DNA of 64,000 nt from NCBI GenBank assembly GCA_965112155.1, contig OZ218106.1; one strand, 5' to 3'. This document shows positions 52,307-63,950 of the stretch, one piece after another; positions within the stretch are counted from its first letter, which is position 1, and every line of letters begins with the position of its first letter. Below the pieces are notes generated by a model, which was not told where the DNA came from, did not search any database, and saw only the letters and a list, made by a program, of their open reading frames with translations. This DNA is from Podarcis liolepis. Taxonomy: Eukaryota. The position numbers and the translations under genes were made by a program.

Positions 52307-53221
52307 ATATAAAAACATAATAAAATGTCAAACATTAAAAATTTCTGATACAGGGCTTGATCCACTTCAGTGGTAAAACAGGGGTTTTCCCAGGAAAAGT
52401 GCCAGGACAAAAGCCCATTCAGACATGGACCTAGAATGTCTGGAACTGGACCTAGAAAAATGGCACAAAAGGACCTGTGAATGAGTCCTTAGTCTCCATG
52501 TACCCATACTTTCCCTTGGCCTTCTAGGTCTAAATCCAGATGGGGAGGACAAAATGCTTGAGATTAGCAAATCTGTCCAGGAAAACTAACCTGATAATCC
52601 GAATGCACCAAGAGTTGCTTAAGCAACTTGGATACTGAAGAACTGGGGCAGGTCAACACATTGATTCTTGCTCTACTGAAATAAAGACAGAACTTTGAAG
52701 AGGAAGGCTTGGAGGGATCACAAAGGAGTCTGCTCTTTCTTTAGCAATGGCACATACCTCAGAGATACTTGAAATATAGGAAATCAAAGTAATTAAAGTA
52801 ACACAGATTCATACCATATGAAAATCAGGCATACCTTGTAGCCAGAAAATAATATTGGATGCTTTCATTTCTTTGCTGCAGTTGCTTGTTCGAAGTGACC
52901 TCTGAAGTACTGAACAGCACTCCTCTGAATACCACTTGCTCTCCTGTCTTGCTTTTGGGCTTACCAGAGACATCTGGTGGGCCATTGTGAGAATTGAATG
53001 GTGGACAACATAGACCTTTGTTCTTATCCAGCAGGACTATTCTTATGTTGGAAATGTTAGGAAATCAACGAGATTCCTGGGAACTTGTGTGAAAAAAATT
53101 AACAATCCCCATCTCCCAGCAACATACTTGCACACATATATGTGAACTCACTTAGGATCTAAGTAGATGTTATATGGAAGTCTCATGAGCGTATCTCTTG
53201 ACATACCGGTAATTTTCCTGC

Positions 53222-53358
53222 TCTTATAGCTCAGTCAGTAGAGCCTGGGACTCTTAATGTCAGAGTAACAGGTTCAAGTCTCACAAAAAGATTCCTGCAT
53301 TGCAGGGAACTGGGCTAGATGATTTTGGGGGGTCCCTTCCAACTCTACAATTCTATGA
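53222..53358 (+). mobile_element. tRNA-Lys(CTT)-derived SINE with CR1 3' tail
   Basis: tagctcagtcagtagagc.tgggactcttaat.tcag.gt...aggttcaagtc head fused to agattcctgcattgcaggg...cccttccaactctacaattctatga. Confidence 0.75.
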
Positions 53359-53701
53359 GCCTAAGGGTATTTGGGGGGGCAGTTGTGGCAACTCTTTTTT
53401 CATGCAATGATGTGGCCCATCCTAGTAATCTACTCCTCAAGAGGGCAACTGTGGGGTGGGGAAAACATAAGCAAAATATGAGTGCCTGAAAGTTTTCCAA
53501 GTTGTAACTAATGGAAACTAGGGAGGGAGGGAATTTGTATCAGATAATCAGTGTGAGGGGGAAAGAGTTAAGCCTTCTTTCCACTTGCACGCAAGCCCTT
53601 ATTTAAATCATTCTCCTCACACAGATGCTTTTAGGAGAAGGAAAATACATTGGGAGAGTCAATAATGCAACATCTAGTTATACCCTCAGCTGACCACCAT
53701 C

Positions 53702-53894
53702 GAGGGGTGCCAACGTAAATAAAATATTGTGAGGGCCCAGGTAAGCCCAGCCCCACATAAGCAATCGCATGACACAGTGCACACAGCCCATTTTAATGGC
53801 AATGTCCATCAAATTTCTGTGGGCCCAACCCCCTCAAATAATTTATTGTGGGGGCGGGCCAAAGCCCCATGACCCTTAGGAATTGGCTCCTATG
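53702..53894. mobile_element. hAT MITE
   Basis: Perfect 8-bp TSD ccaccatc (53694-53701, 53895-53902). Ends gaggggtgccaac / aattggctcctatg. Confidence 0.75.
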
Positions 53895-54769
53895 CCACCA
53901 TCTGTTTCTATCACTTCATCTGTGACACCCTATTGTACTGGAAAGTGTTTGGAAGAAGCACTGGGGGAAATGTGCAAAATGCTTTAAGCACATTGAAAAT
54001 ATACTATATGTTTATGATTAAGAATGCACTTGTGGGTGAGAAAGAGGGGGAAAAGAACAAGCATCCATTTTTAAAGCCAACTTGTGTTTCAGAACAACAC
54101 AACCTGAATTGTGTTCAGTTTTGTCTGGAAATTGTGTTTCCCACTAAATAGGGACATTATTTAGGCTTCCGCTGATTATCAGTTTTTTCTTAAGAAAGCA
54201 AAGCATTAATTGCTTGTGTTTTATAGTCTTACATAATTTGTTCATGAAAACAATATAGACTCAGGAGAGATATTCGTCAGCGTCTAAGTGCATAAGAAAT
54301 TACTTTAATGGTTTGTTTTGTCAGGGCCACAAGGATGTATGGGGAAAGCCATGTGTTGGGTGCCATTTGGTGTTCCATGTCAGGCAGCAAAGTATCTTGG
54401 GCTGGCCCTGTTGAGAGCAATGTGATATATAAAGCAGTTAGTCACAGTGGATTACATAAAATCTCTATGCAGAAAACTACCAGCATAACAGATATTCTAG
54501 CTAAAGGCAAGAGAGAGAGAGCTATTTCCCTTGCTATGACTCTTGCTTACAGAGGAGTGCACATACTTAGACTTACTTTCAAGGTGGAAATGAGGTTGTC
54601 CTACCCATATCAATTATTGAATATATGTGTCTGACTCATTCTTACCTTATTATTTTTATATATGCTTACAGGCAGATTTCTGTGACTGATAATGTGAGAA
54701 TGTTAGAACATTCAAAGCTCTAATGGATACCTTCAAGTGTTGGCTAACAGTCAAGTACAAGATTTCTGC

Positions 54770-54799
54770 CTATCTGCCTATCATCTATAACTATCTATC

Positions 54800-54843
<44 letters not shown>
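54770..54843. repeat. (TATC)n microsatellite
   Basis: Direct reading. Confidence 0.95.
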
Positions 54844-55039
54844 GCTAGGTTTCGAAAAGATTTGGTCACCCTACTTTTCAGTGGTTTCAGTCAAGCTGTC
54901 AAAGTTGAGGCTTCATAGTAGGATTGTTATTGAACAGAACCAAGTATGGGTGGGCCAAGAGGCCAAGGGCATGTTCTGATGGCACATGATGCCATCACAT
55001 TGCTGAAGCTCTGTAGGTCAGTGGGTTTCAATCAGGGAT

Positions 55040-55131
55040 CTCTCCCAGCTCTACCCAGAGATGCTAGGGATTGAACCCGGGACATTCTGCATGCAAAGCA
55101 GATGATCTGCCATGGAGATATAGCCCTTCCC
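55040..55131 (-). mobile_element. Squam3-like tRNA-derived SINE head
   Basis: Reverse complement gggaagggctat.tct..atggcaga.catctgctttgcatgcagaa.gtcccgggttcaatcc (box B). Confidence 0.7.
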
Positions 55132-56815
55132 CATATAATGTTGGACAGGAGTAGGCATTGGCTGGCGGCTAGGAGAATCATGGGTATGACACTATTTATA
55201 TAGATAACATTTGAAAAGTACCGGTATATTCAATTAAATTAGCTACAACTGAAATATATAGTGATGACAACACTGCTTTGCATATGTGCAGTATATTCGT
55301 GAAGCTGATCTGCTTGCTTCTATGCACATAAGGAAAAGGAACAATCTGGAGAATACTTCTTCCTCCCTATGGATTATCAATCTGGAAAAGCTAAAGATAG
55401 AGAATGATTAATGAAATCTAAACCCAACTTCAATGTTCTAAGACGCTTCTCACTGAGAAGGTCCAGCTAAGGTTCCTGTTGCAAGGTTAAGAAAACTAGC
55501 ATTATTCACTCACTTAAAATGCTAAATCTATACCAGCAAATATGGAGGAGGAGGGGGGCATTTTAATAATGGATTAAAGTTTGTGAGCAGGACAAAAGAT
55601 AAATGATATTGGCTCAAAGTTTGACCCAGGAGCATATTATTAATACTAAAGGACAACAATGTGTCAGTGATTCTTGAGCTATGAGACACATGCATAAATG
55701 CAAACACAAAGCACCATCTGTTTTAAATGTATGTGGCTATGCAATGTTTGTAAACTATGAGAACCTTTTAAAGCCTTCAGTTATTATTTCATCTTTTCCA
55801 TTTTTGAAAAGAGCATTTCCTTCAACAATGCATATTTTAAAAATCTATATTTTTCATAGAAATCACATGTATTGTTTGAAATATTCTCGTTATGTGAAAT
55901 ATTTCATGACAAAGTAAAAAAGAGTAACCCTGGGAGGTATTGAATGCAGTCATTGTGATAGTACAAAGATTTACACTTGCACAATGAAAGCTTCCTCTCT
56001 TCCTTGTGCATCATCTGGAGGGTTTACAACCCAGAATACATTTAGTGGGCATGAGGCAGGAGAGGGGAAAAAGTTCCATGGTAAAAACATGAATTCTTGT
56101 ATTAATTAAACAAGTTACTTAATGCTACATTGGATACAACCCTCTGTTTCCTCTTTGGTCTTTAATTTTCTAACTAGTGCCATGCCTATTGGTTCCAATT
56201 AACTCTGCACTATATTTAATGGTGTTCATGGAGTTTGACAAGAATAGAAAACATTTCATTCACTTCAGGATGGGTGTTTCCACACATTTCACAACCCTAA
56301 AGAACATTCTAAAATGCACATTAATATTGTTGATGGAAATCTTCCAAAAATAAAGAGAAATGTGTCTTTAGAAAATTAAAATATCTGTTCTGTAAACATT
56401 GTTAATCAATTCTAGTATAATATTAGAAGCATTTGTATGTTCTTTATTCTATAACCCTTCCAATATGCACAAACCGTAAAGAATTTCTAGAAAGCCAACT
56501 GTTTATGATGAGTTTGGGCCAAAGGGGTTGATTAATTTAGAACAAGAAACCATTTGTTATAAGAATGAAAGGAAAAAAGATGCTTGTTTCTTCAAAATCA
56601 CAAATCTAAAGGATTCCTGATATTCTGGTTTCTCTGGCTGCTTTGGGGCTAGGATATCTAAAATTACTTAAAGATCAGATAGCAGATTTTGGCAACAATA
56701 TAGTATTATGCTGAAAACAACAAAGGCAACAGTTGTTAGGCTCATATATAGAAACATAAAATATCCCAACTAACTGTAGTTCTTTGGCTAGTGGGCCTCC
56801 AGTATTTAACAAATA

Positions 56816-57064
56816 CAGTTGTACCTTGGTTCCAAATGCCTTGGTACTCAGACGTTTTGGCTCCTGAACACCGCAAACCCAGAAGTGAGTGTTCCGGTTT
56901 GCGAACTTTATTTGGAACCTGAACGTCCGACGGTGCTTCCGTGGCTTCCGATTGAGTACAGGAGCTTCCTGCAGCCAATCAAAAGCCACGCTTTGGTTTC
57001 CAAATGTTTTGGAAGTTGAATGGACTTCCGGAACGTATTCCGTTCGACTTCAAAGGTATGACTG
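56816..57064. mobile_element. Tc1/mariner (Tigger-like) MITE
   Basis: TA-cagttgtaccttgg ... aaaggtatgactg-TA. Confidence 0.8.
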
Positions 57065-57482
57065 TAGTCATATTAGATAATTTAACAAATAGTTAAATTA
57101 GATGAGCTTAATTAATTCCAGAAAGGGAATATGGATAAATAAATAATGGCCACATTCTAGAATTATTGAAATAAATGGGATGGATCCAATAACTGGGACA
57201 AGTGTAGCTGCTAGCACCGCTCTGCTTGTGTAAGGATTCGTGCAGTGCTATAATGGGTTGATGTTAGAGCTCTTTTCATGATTCCATTTCTGATGGGGGT
57301 TATGCAAATCCACACTGAAACATAATAAGATATTTGGTTTGAGTTTCATATTGCAGTGGTTTAGTACAGAGTGAAAAACAGCCATCCATGCCTGGAGATG
57401 CCCCCCCCCCCCATGTAGAAGGGCATAGTTGTATCCTGAAATGTATTTGAAGGAATATGGATGACACGATGATTCAGCTAAT

Positions 57483-57789
57483 GTTGTTGCTGTTTAGTCG
57501 TTTAGTCGTGTCCGACTCTTCGTGACCCCATGGACCAGAGCACGCCAGGCATTCCTGTCTTCCACTGTCTCCCGCAGTTTGGTCAGACTCATGTTTGTAG
57601 CTTCGAGAACACTGTCTAACCATCTCGTCCTCTGTCATCCCCTTCTTCTTGTGCCCTCAATCTTTCCCAACATCAGGGTCTTTTCCAGGGAGTCTTCTCT
57701 TCTCATGAGGTGGCCAAAGTATTGGAGCCTCTGCTTCAGGATCTATCCTTCCAGTGAGCACTCAGGGCTGATTTCCTTAAGAATGGATA
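57483..57789 (-). mobile_element. Bov-B (RTE) LINE 3' end
   Basis: Minus frame SILKEISPECSLEG-ILKQRLQYFGHLMRREDSLEKTLMLGKIEG...QRTRWLDSV and 3' end gggtcacgaagagtcggacacgactaaacgactaaac(agc/aac)n. Confidence 0.93.
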
Positions 57790-58692
57790 CGTACAAATCT
57801 ACAGATTCGTGTATGTTTCTTATGATGTATGGTGTAAGAGTGTTGTATTTGACATATAGGTCCAAACCCTTGCTTAGCTGTGAAGCTAACAACGGAATAT
57901 TCTTCTCTAGGAAGCAATTCCGCTTCAAGTATTCTCTTGCTCTTGTTTCCTTGCTTCAATCTCAGTTTCCTTCAATTATGCAGATGGGGAATCTTCTGAC
58001 ATTTTGGGATTCAGAGGCAGTAAGGGGCTCTGTGCTGTAGTATTTTTAATGTATTGTTTAAAAGCTAGAACTTGTAGAAAAACATGGAAGCAGAGTCTAT
58101 TATGCAGGTAGCGTTGATAATCCTTCGCAAAGTATTTCTTCCTTTACTTACTATATTAGGCAAAAACATATGAGACTCTAACGGCAACACAGCCCTTCTT
58201 ACAGTAAGCTGTAAACTTTTCCAAAATGGCTTTGTACAATGCCTATGTTGTTTTCTCAGTTATATCAGAAATGTGTGAAGCTACACACAAAGAATTCCAA
58301 TTGACAATAAAGTGTTATTCCTACATTTCTAAATAACGAAGCTGTGTTAATAGCCCTCTGGGGCTTACTTTGCCGACCAGATTGCACACGCTGAACTGTT
58401 AGCTTATTACAAGGGTAGAAGAGCAAATTAACAAAGTGCATCACAATTACCATTAAAAAGAGCCTGTCTCTTTGCTGGATGATAAACCAAGATTGGTGTG
58501 TTTGAGACAACCTGTTTTCTATTCAGTATCAGTAGTTTGCTTAAACTGAGGTGGCAAAGGGGAAATTATTTTGTTTTGTACTTGTGTGGAATAAGACAAG
58601 AGGCAAGGTAGGAAAGAAAATTAAGCAACATAACCATTTCTGTGTATAAGAGGTATTACATTATGTAAAGCACTCCCCACAGCCAGTGTTAG

Positions 58693-58999
58693 GTGGCATT
58701 CACATGACAGTTTATTCCACTTTCCCTAACTGTTAATTTCCACATTATATCTGAGCTTTCACACAATGTAAAAGCTGCTTCTGGAACTATAGTGGGATAT
58801 AGTGCCAATTTAGCACTCATTAACATATTATTTGAAAATGGATTTTCTTTTTCTGGACGCAAATAACATAGAAATGAGCACTAAACTTGTACTATATTTC
58901 CCTATAGTTCCAGAAGTGGCTTTTACATCATGTGAAAGCTCAAATATAATGAAGAACTGAGAAAGCTGGATCAGTTGTCTGATGTAGTATAAGGCAGCT
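58693..58999. mobile_element. Old palindromic MITE (Harbinger-like)
   Basis: Imperfect inverted arms of about 75 bp: attatatctgagctttcacac..tgtaaaagc..cttctggaactatag..atatagt...tttag..ctcatt versus the complement at about 58873-58950. Related fragments near 35850-35920 and 48395-48455. Confidence 0.6.
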
Positions 59000-60187
59000 T
59001 CCTATATCCCTAACAGCTGAAGGCAGATCAGAGCTCAAGTTACTTATTGATCAGCATCTAATGTGTCCCAAGATTCAGTGATTTGCACAACTGAACTTCC
59101 AGGTAATGGTGAAAAAAAGAGGGTGGTTTTAGGAAGCTAGGTTGTCAAGAATCTACTAACTACTTCTCCAAACAACTTTTCTCTATGCCAGATGTGAAGA
59201 GCCTAGGTACATTTCAACAGAAAAAACATAGTTTGCTATGTGAAACATTCATACTAGAGACTAGTTCATAAATACAAGAATATTCAGGAATATCCTCTAC
59301 AGTATTTTATAGTCTCTTGTTGTAGAGTAATAGGAAATGGTATATAGTTTCTGCTGGTTGGTTAACACTACAAGCCCTATTAACCATATTACTCATGCAG
59401 AGAGTATTGCCATGTATTTTTAGGCAAATCACCAATGGGGTGTTTCCCTCCTTACACTACCACAGGTTGCCTGAGATACCAATATTCATATGTACCATGC
59501 GACTGAGATACCTGCACAACAGGGTGTCACAATTGCATGGAAAACTACACATGACTAGGAGCTTAAACTTTGGACTCCTACTTCAAACAACCACAGGTAA
59601 TTCACTGTTGAGGATGAGGCAACATCACGAGTGGGCCTAAAAGCATGGCTCACTCCAGAGTTATCACAGTGATGCCCTACAATCAAAATATGTGAATAGA
59701 ACTACAGACTACTGACAGTTATTCAGAAAAAGAAAGCCCATAATCAATCAAATGCTTGTTTGGCTGGGAAGAAAGCACTCTTTGCTTTGACGTGGCCCTG
59801 GAGAAGGAGGTTAATATTCAGTTAACTTACTTTCAAATTGCATTAACCATGTCAAACTTCATACAATAGCTCCAAATCACTTGTGCTCCTTGAGGAACAC
59901 AATGCAAAGTATTATGGGCAACTTTTAACATCTTAAGGGAAAGCTGACATCTAGGTTATAATTTAGGTTGCTGATTGCTACATGCACAGATTCTAAAGGG
60001 CTGCAATTATGATCTTTGTTTTTGTGTGGATGGTGGGAGGAACACATCATTTCCATAAAATTGGAGCAGAAAGCACATAAATATCTACTTTCACAAACAG
60101 CAGTGCTGGAGAGTCAGAGGAGAAAGGGAGAAGGCTATTTGCTTCTATACCACAACCCATTCATTTGTCATTCCTGGATCTTGTTGT

Positions 60188-60570
60188 TGTTGGCTTTTTG
60201 CAGTATAGTGGCGCTGCAGAGAGCTTGCTGGGGAGACCATGCATTAAAAAGAAGGGACTCAAAAATAACTTAAAGAAGGTTTTAATAAGAAAAACAAAAA
60301 CTCCATTTACACTAAATATATTAACAAACAAACCAGACCCAACCACCAACCCATCCCCCAGGGTAATGGGAGAGCTAGGTGCTGCTCCTTATATACTCTA
60401 CCCAAATGCTGACACACCTTAATCAAATACAACTCAGCAGCACCTGCTATGTTTCACAGCTGTAAAGCTGGGTCTCGTTAGTTTGCTCTGGCCCTTGCTC
60501 CGGCCCCTTAAAGACACACACATCGAGTGGAACAATGATGAACCTTTGCATTTAAAGAAACCATTCAACA
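60188..60570 (-). repeat. 3' LTR of the copia element (about 383 bp)
   Basis: Minus strand: PPT gcaggggaaa (60571-60580) immediately followed by TGTTG, TATA (tatataa near 60389-60395), ATTAAA (60281-60286), ending CAACA. The outer end is ambiguous by 3-6 bp because of a (ttg)n run. Confidence 0.8.
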
Positions 60571-60586
60571 TTTCCCCTGCGGTTCA

Positions 60587-61180
60587 TCATTGTGGAACAA
60601 AAACATAAAGCATACTTTGTACATGTTTTTCATGTGTAACCTTTGGAAGTGCTTTAGTAAAAATGTCCGCAATTTGATTGTCACCTGGAACATATTTAAA
60701 TACAACCATTTCATCAGCAATTAGTTTCTTTACAAATTCTAAACGTAATCTTAAGACTCCAGTGCGCTGCGTATTGGTCTCTGAACACAGGATAGCAAGT
60801 CCACTCTGGGAATCAAGGTAAACTTTTACTGGTAGTGTTACTTGCATCTGTAGGTCTGCAAATACTTGCAGCTACCATTCTACATCACGAGTGGCCTGAA
60901 CGCATGCACATAATTCACTCTCTGTTATAGAGAGACAAATAATGGTTTGTGTCTGGGACTTCCATTCAAATGGACAACCGTTATAACAAAACACCATACC
61001 AGACACACCCCTGCAATTATTTTGTTCCACTGCATGAGATGCATCGCAGAAAATTTCAAAACCTTTATCAATACTGGTTGTAAACTGCAACCTATAATGT
61101 TTGGTATGTTTAAGGTACATTACCACTCTCTTAAGAGCTGAGAAACATTGCATAGTGGGCTTTTCCACATTGTGATGCAT
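60587..61180 (-). pseudogene. Copia RT C-terminal remnant plus RNase H, out of frame with gag-pol and with one in-frame TAG
   Basis: EKPT..ALKRVVMYLKHT, IFCDASHA, WKSQTQ..CLSITESE, W*LQ (TAG 60872-60874), VYLDSQ, QIADIFTKAL. Confidence 0.9.
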
Positions 61181-63950
61181 CTTTTAACAAAAGCTTAACT
61201 GTTTCATATTTTACACTTGGTGAATAGCACAAATCATAATCTTCACCTGGAATTTGTTGAAAACCCTTAGCAACTAGTCTTGCCATGTACCTTACAACTT
61301 CATTTTTGTCATTCATTTTAACTCTATAAACCCATTTTGAATCAATAAGTCTCATATCTGGGGTTTGTGGTACAAGAGACCAAGTGTTATGCTCTTTTAA
61401 AGAAGCTATCTCAGAGTTCATAGCTTTATACCAATTTACACCTTGGTGCTTAGGTAAATTCTGAACATCACTGTAGCTTTTTGGCTCAAAAACCACCTTA
61501 TTGGCATACACAGTATTAAAATGTTCATCTGCGAAACGTTGTGGCTTCTGCCTCTTTCTGTCTGAACGTCTCAGTCCGGAAGGAGAGTCAGACTCCTCAG
61601 ACTTAATGGGACTGAGTGAACTACTAGTTTCAGGTTGTAAATTATCATTGTCAGACTGAAGAGGTGCCTGTAGGCTAAGCTCACGGTCAGAAAACTCAAG
61701 AGAATCTAACCTCCCCTCAGATGCCTGTGACTTTAAATCAAACAAATTATCAGATTCAACAGGCTTTTTGTCTTTTTCTATTAATTCAGAATCATCATTT
61801 CCTCCTGCTGCTTCCTCTTCTTCCTCAGTATCATTTATACCATCAGTATCTTGGAAAACAGCAACCCCATTCCAATTTACAGTTTGTATCATGCTTCTGG
61901 TAATATGAAATTTGCCAGTTGCTGGTATGTAAATTCTGTACGCCCCCTGCTGGTAGCCCATTAATTTTCCCTGAACACTACGTTCACCCAATTTCTGCTT
62001 AGCAGGATAATGCATAATTACATCTGAACCCCAAATGCGTAGGTATTTCAGATTAGGGCGTTTTTTAAACAACTTCTCATAGGGGGTGACATCTAAACCA
62101 GAATGATAACTGCGATTTCTAACATAACAAAAGGCATGGAGCGCTTCAGCCCAAAAGTCTTTGGGCAGATTAGCATCGTGCAGATAAGTTTTAACCCCTG
62201 CCTGCAGGTCACGCTGCACAACTTCAACAAGCCCATTTTGCCAGGGACTTCGGGGGCAAGATAACTCAGGAGTAGTCCCCTGCGCTTCCAGGAATTTCTC
62301 AAAATCCTCAGAAACAAATTCCCCGCCCCGGTCAGAAAACAGGTTCTTAATTGGTTTGTTAAAGTGTGTTTTTACCCAGTTGCAAAAAACCTTGTACTTC
62401 TCAAATGCTTGGGACTTCTCAGCTATTGCATAAGTCCAACAATATCTACTATACTGGTCTATCAGGGTAAGCCAGTACTTAGAACCTCCTAATGATGGTG
62501 GGAGTGGCCCAACTAAATCACAATGTACACGCTCAAATGGCTCAGTTACTTTCCTATCTGAGCACCTACCCTTGCGTGCAACCTTAATCTTATTCTTGCA
62601 ACAGGATAGACACTGCATAAAGAATTTACATGGTTTTAAGTTGAGGCCATCGACAATATTCTTTGTCTTAATTACATCAGCAAAATTCAGGTGCCCCAGA
62701 ATTCTGTGCGCCATGTGGACACACCCAGAATGTGGTCTTACATTCCTCAACCCCTGGTTTGACTGTGCTGCTCTGCAATTTATAGGCGATTGGGAGTAGG
62801 TGTGAAAATACAGTCTATATAAACCATCAGACTCCCGGGCATACAATAGACGTTTGTTCCCCTCGAAAAACTCACACATAGACTTTAAGAAACGCACAGT
62901 TATGCCTTGACGGGCAAAGCACCTTACTGACAATAAATTGTCCACTGACGGGCAGTAAATGCAGTTCGCTATTGTAATGTTTAAAGAGTCAAGTTTAACG
63001 GTACCCCTGCCAAGCGACTGCAGGACTTGTGAATTGGCTAAATGTACATTACCAATTTCCTCTTCGAAAGAAATAAACAAGCTTCGATCATTGCAGACGT
63101 GCTGAGATGCTCCTGAGTCGATAACAAAAGACTTCCACTTGGCATCTTTAATTCTTTTACGATCTGTAGTCCGAGCGTGAAAAGCTCGCGGCTCGTTTTG
63201 ACGAACAGAAACAGGCTTGGGAGTACTTTGCTTTCTTTTGGCTCTGCAGTCCCTTGCAAAATGTCCTTGCTTATTGCAGAACCAACAACGCTTTGCCGCT
63301 TTAAATGCAGTTGTATCACCACAGGTTTGCATATGGCGTTCCTCATTCTTTCTGGAAACAGGAGTGCTTATGGCACAAGCCTCCCTTCTATCCAACTCGC
63401 CCATTAATCTTGCCGTTACCCCTTCCACAGTTAATTGTGCTGGTGGAACAGCAGATATCTGGCTAGCTATACCATCAAAGTCCTCATTAAGGGAACAAAG
63501 GATGATAAAAACATACTGAATATCAGGTATCTCCATGTCCCTTCGAATTAACTCGCCGCGTATTGCCTCCAGACATCTCAAGTGTGCTGCCAAATCACCA
63601 CCAGGCTGCAACTTCGTCTGGTACAACTGCTTGAAAAAGGTCAATGCAGACGCTGACTCTTTTCTAACATGCACTGCTGCAAGACTGTCCCACATTTCTT
63701 TGGCAGTTTTCTTATTTCTTATATAGACTACTTGCTGGTCGCTGACTGCCAAATTAATTATCGCCCTGGCTTTCGCATCTCCTTTCGACCAAGCATTAGT
63801 TACAGGGTCAGGAGGGTCATCAGTTACATAGGTCCATACTTCTCTAGAGGTCAAAAGCGCCTCCACCCGAAAAGACCATAAACTATAGTTCTCATCTGTT
63901 AGCTGTGGGAAGACCAGAGCCTTCTCAGCTTCAGGAACCCGGTCAACCAT
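61131..63950 (-). CDS. Copia Gag-protease-integrase-(truncated RT) polyprotein, 939 aa from the ATG at 63950
   Basis: LTDENYSLWSFRVEALL and KTAKEMWDSL (copia Gag), CWFCNKQGHFARDC zinc knuckle, VIDSGASQH protease, HRILGH..CLSC zinc finger, VHCDLVGP / SDRGGEF / QNGLVE (DDE), RT start WYKAMNSEI..ARLVAKGFQQ. Then frameshift to a stop. Confidence 0.92.
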   Translation of the reverse strand: MVDRVPEAEKALVFPQLTDENYSLWSFRVEALLTSREVWTYVTDDPPDPVTNAWSKGDAKARAIINLAVSDQQVVYIRNKKTAKEMWDSLAAVHVRKESASALTFFKQLYQTKLQPGGDLAAHLRCLEAIRGELIRRDMEIPDIQYVFIILCSLNEDFDGIASQISAVPPAQLTVEGVTARLMGELDRREACAISTPVSRKNEERHMQTCGDTTAFKAAKRCWFCNKQGHFARDCRAKRKQSTPKPVSVRQNEPRAFHARTTDRKRIKDAKWKSFVIDSGASQHVCNDRSLFISFEEEIGNVHLANSQVLQSLGRGTVKLDSLNITIANCIYCPSVDNLLSVRCFARQGITVRFLKSMCEFFEGNKRLLYARESDGLYRLYFHTYSQSPINCRAAQSNQGLRNVRPHSGCVHMAHRILGHLNFADVIKTKNIVDGLNLKPCKFFMQCLSCCKNKIKVARKGRCSDRKVTEPFERVHCDLVGPLPPSLGGSKYWLTLIDQYSRYCWTYAIAEKSQAFEKYKVFCNWVKTHFNKPIKNLFSDRGGEFVSEDFEKFLEAQGTTPELSCPRSPWQNGLVEVVQRDLQAGVKTYLHDANLPKDFWAEALHAFCYVRNRSYHSGLDVTPYEKLFKKRPNLKYLRIWGSDVIMHYPAKQKLGERSVQGKLMGYQQGAYRIYIPATGKFHITRSMIQTVNWNGVAVFQDTDGINDTEEEEEAAGGNDDSELIEKDKKPVESDNLFDLKSQASEGRLDSLEFSDRELSLQAPLQSDNDNLQPETSSSLSPIKSEESDSPSGLRRSDRKRQKPQRFADEHFNTVYANKVVFEPKSYSDVQNLPKHQGVNWYKAMNSEIASLKEHNTWSLVPQTPDMRLIDSKWVYRVKMNDKNEVVRYMARLVAKGFQQIPGEDYDLCYSPSVKYETVKLLLKDASQCGKAHYAMFLSS

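Larger units (their letters stand above)
52007..52357 (-). mobile_element. L2-type LINE 3' tail interrupted by a Penelope fragment
   Basis: Removing 52080-52315 restores a sequence collinear with 9022-9140. Confidence 0.7.
51891..52441. mobile_element. Palindromic MITE (Harbinger-like) split by L2 and Penelope insertions
   Basis: Inverted arms ttccaggtctgtgtctga..gtcctgccattttccctgggaaaaccc (51891-51962) versus gggttttcccaggaaaagtgccaggac..tcagacatggacctagaa (52381-52441). Confidence 0.6.

Noticed and set aside
53222-53290. Apparent tRNA-Lys(CTT) gene
   Set aside because: Acceptor and other stems are degenerate and it is fused to a CR1 tail, so it is a SINE head.
57522-58040. 172-aa plus-strand ORF
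   Set aside because: Antisense frame of the Bov-B fragment running into flanking DNA.
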